Source of the DNA: Candidatus Woesearchaeota archaeon
GTDB taxonomy: Archaea; Nanobdellota; Nanobdellia; SCGC-AAA011-G17; ARS1403
DNA length: 42,970 bases
Assembly: GCA_018302505.1 (NCBI GenBank)
Contig: JAGVZL010000011.1
Span: 1-42,970, forward strand
Reading direction: 5' to 3'
Of the stretch, positions 42,790 to 42,970 are shown in pieces. A program made the translations under genes and the position numbers. Under the pieces are notes generated by a model, which was given only the letters and a program-made list of their open reading frames with translations, ran no database searches and had not been told where the DNA came from. Positions within the stretch are counted from its first letter, which is position 1. Every line of letters begins with the position of its first letter.

Positions 42790-42970
42790 TATTTATTAAT
42801 TATTTCTTATTCTTATTTTTGTCTTAGCTTAGGCTAGGGCTACAAGCTCATTGATAGTACTTTAATATTGGGTCATAAAAATTCAATCATAACATTTAGT
42901 AAGTTCAAACTGAAAAATGAAGTGATGGTGATTTACTTTTAATTAATGAGCTACATAGCCTTCCGCTTTG

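Noticed and set aside
1-42970. Search for CRISPR arrays, rRNA genes, IS elements or integrases
   Set aside because: I found no regularly spaced direct repeats and no rRNA-like conserved stretches. I also found no transposase or integrase motifs (DDE, tyrosine recombinase R..HxxR..Y). The only long direct repeat is the 66/69-nt fen 3'-end duplication reported above.

Overview
AT-rich archaeal chromosome segment. Hand counts on 60-nt samples give about 30-33% GC in core genes. Archaeal identity follows from RFC, family-B DNA polymerase, FEN1, aRF1, a histone, L31e/L39e/S19e, Cdc48 and a class-III-signal pilin. Short proteins and tight spacing suggest a reduced DPANN-like genome, which is inference. 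I support about 50 protein genes and one tRNA-Phe(GAA). I see no rRNA and no CRISPR array. Core genes are rfcS/rfcL, fen, polB, map, cdc48, the rpl31e-rpl39e-rps19e cluster, valS, aRF1, a histone, scpB, ftsY, trm5 and htpX. Three of them carry inteins. rfcS has a LAGLIDADG intein whose N-terminus lies outside the window. polB has a 420-aa LAGLIDADG intein inside the YxDTDS motif. aRF1 has a 134-aa mini-intein exactly inside the GGQ|S catalytic motif. A free-standing LAGLIDADG protein with HTH domains at both ends is also present. The accessory signals worth a second look are these. (1) A very AT-rich three-gene operon (21668-24190) sits between fen and polB and encodes an HTH/double-endonuclease protein, a wHTH protein and a Cas4-like PD-(D/E)XK nuclease. 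(2) A single-gene COG1373-type AAA ATPase cassette is bracketed by a 66/69-nt direct repeat that duplicates the 3' end of fen. (3) A cluster of secreted proteins includes two to three paralogous beta-rich proteins with bacterial-OMP-like C-termini and a dockerin-like module. (4) A toxin-antitoxin-like pair with a palindromic operator ends 1 nt before aRF1. (5) Two genes are interrupted at homopolymers (A5 and C5). (6) One ORF looks like a degenerate HD-GYP domain protein. Most genes have a TTTATAAA/TTTAAA box centred about 25-30 nt upstream of the ATG, implying leaderless transcripts, and a minority have GAGGTGA-type Shine-Dalgarno sites. All functional calls come from motif recognition by eye; no database search was possible.
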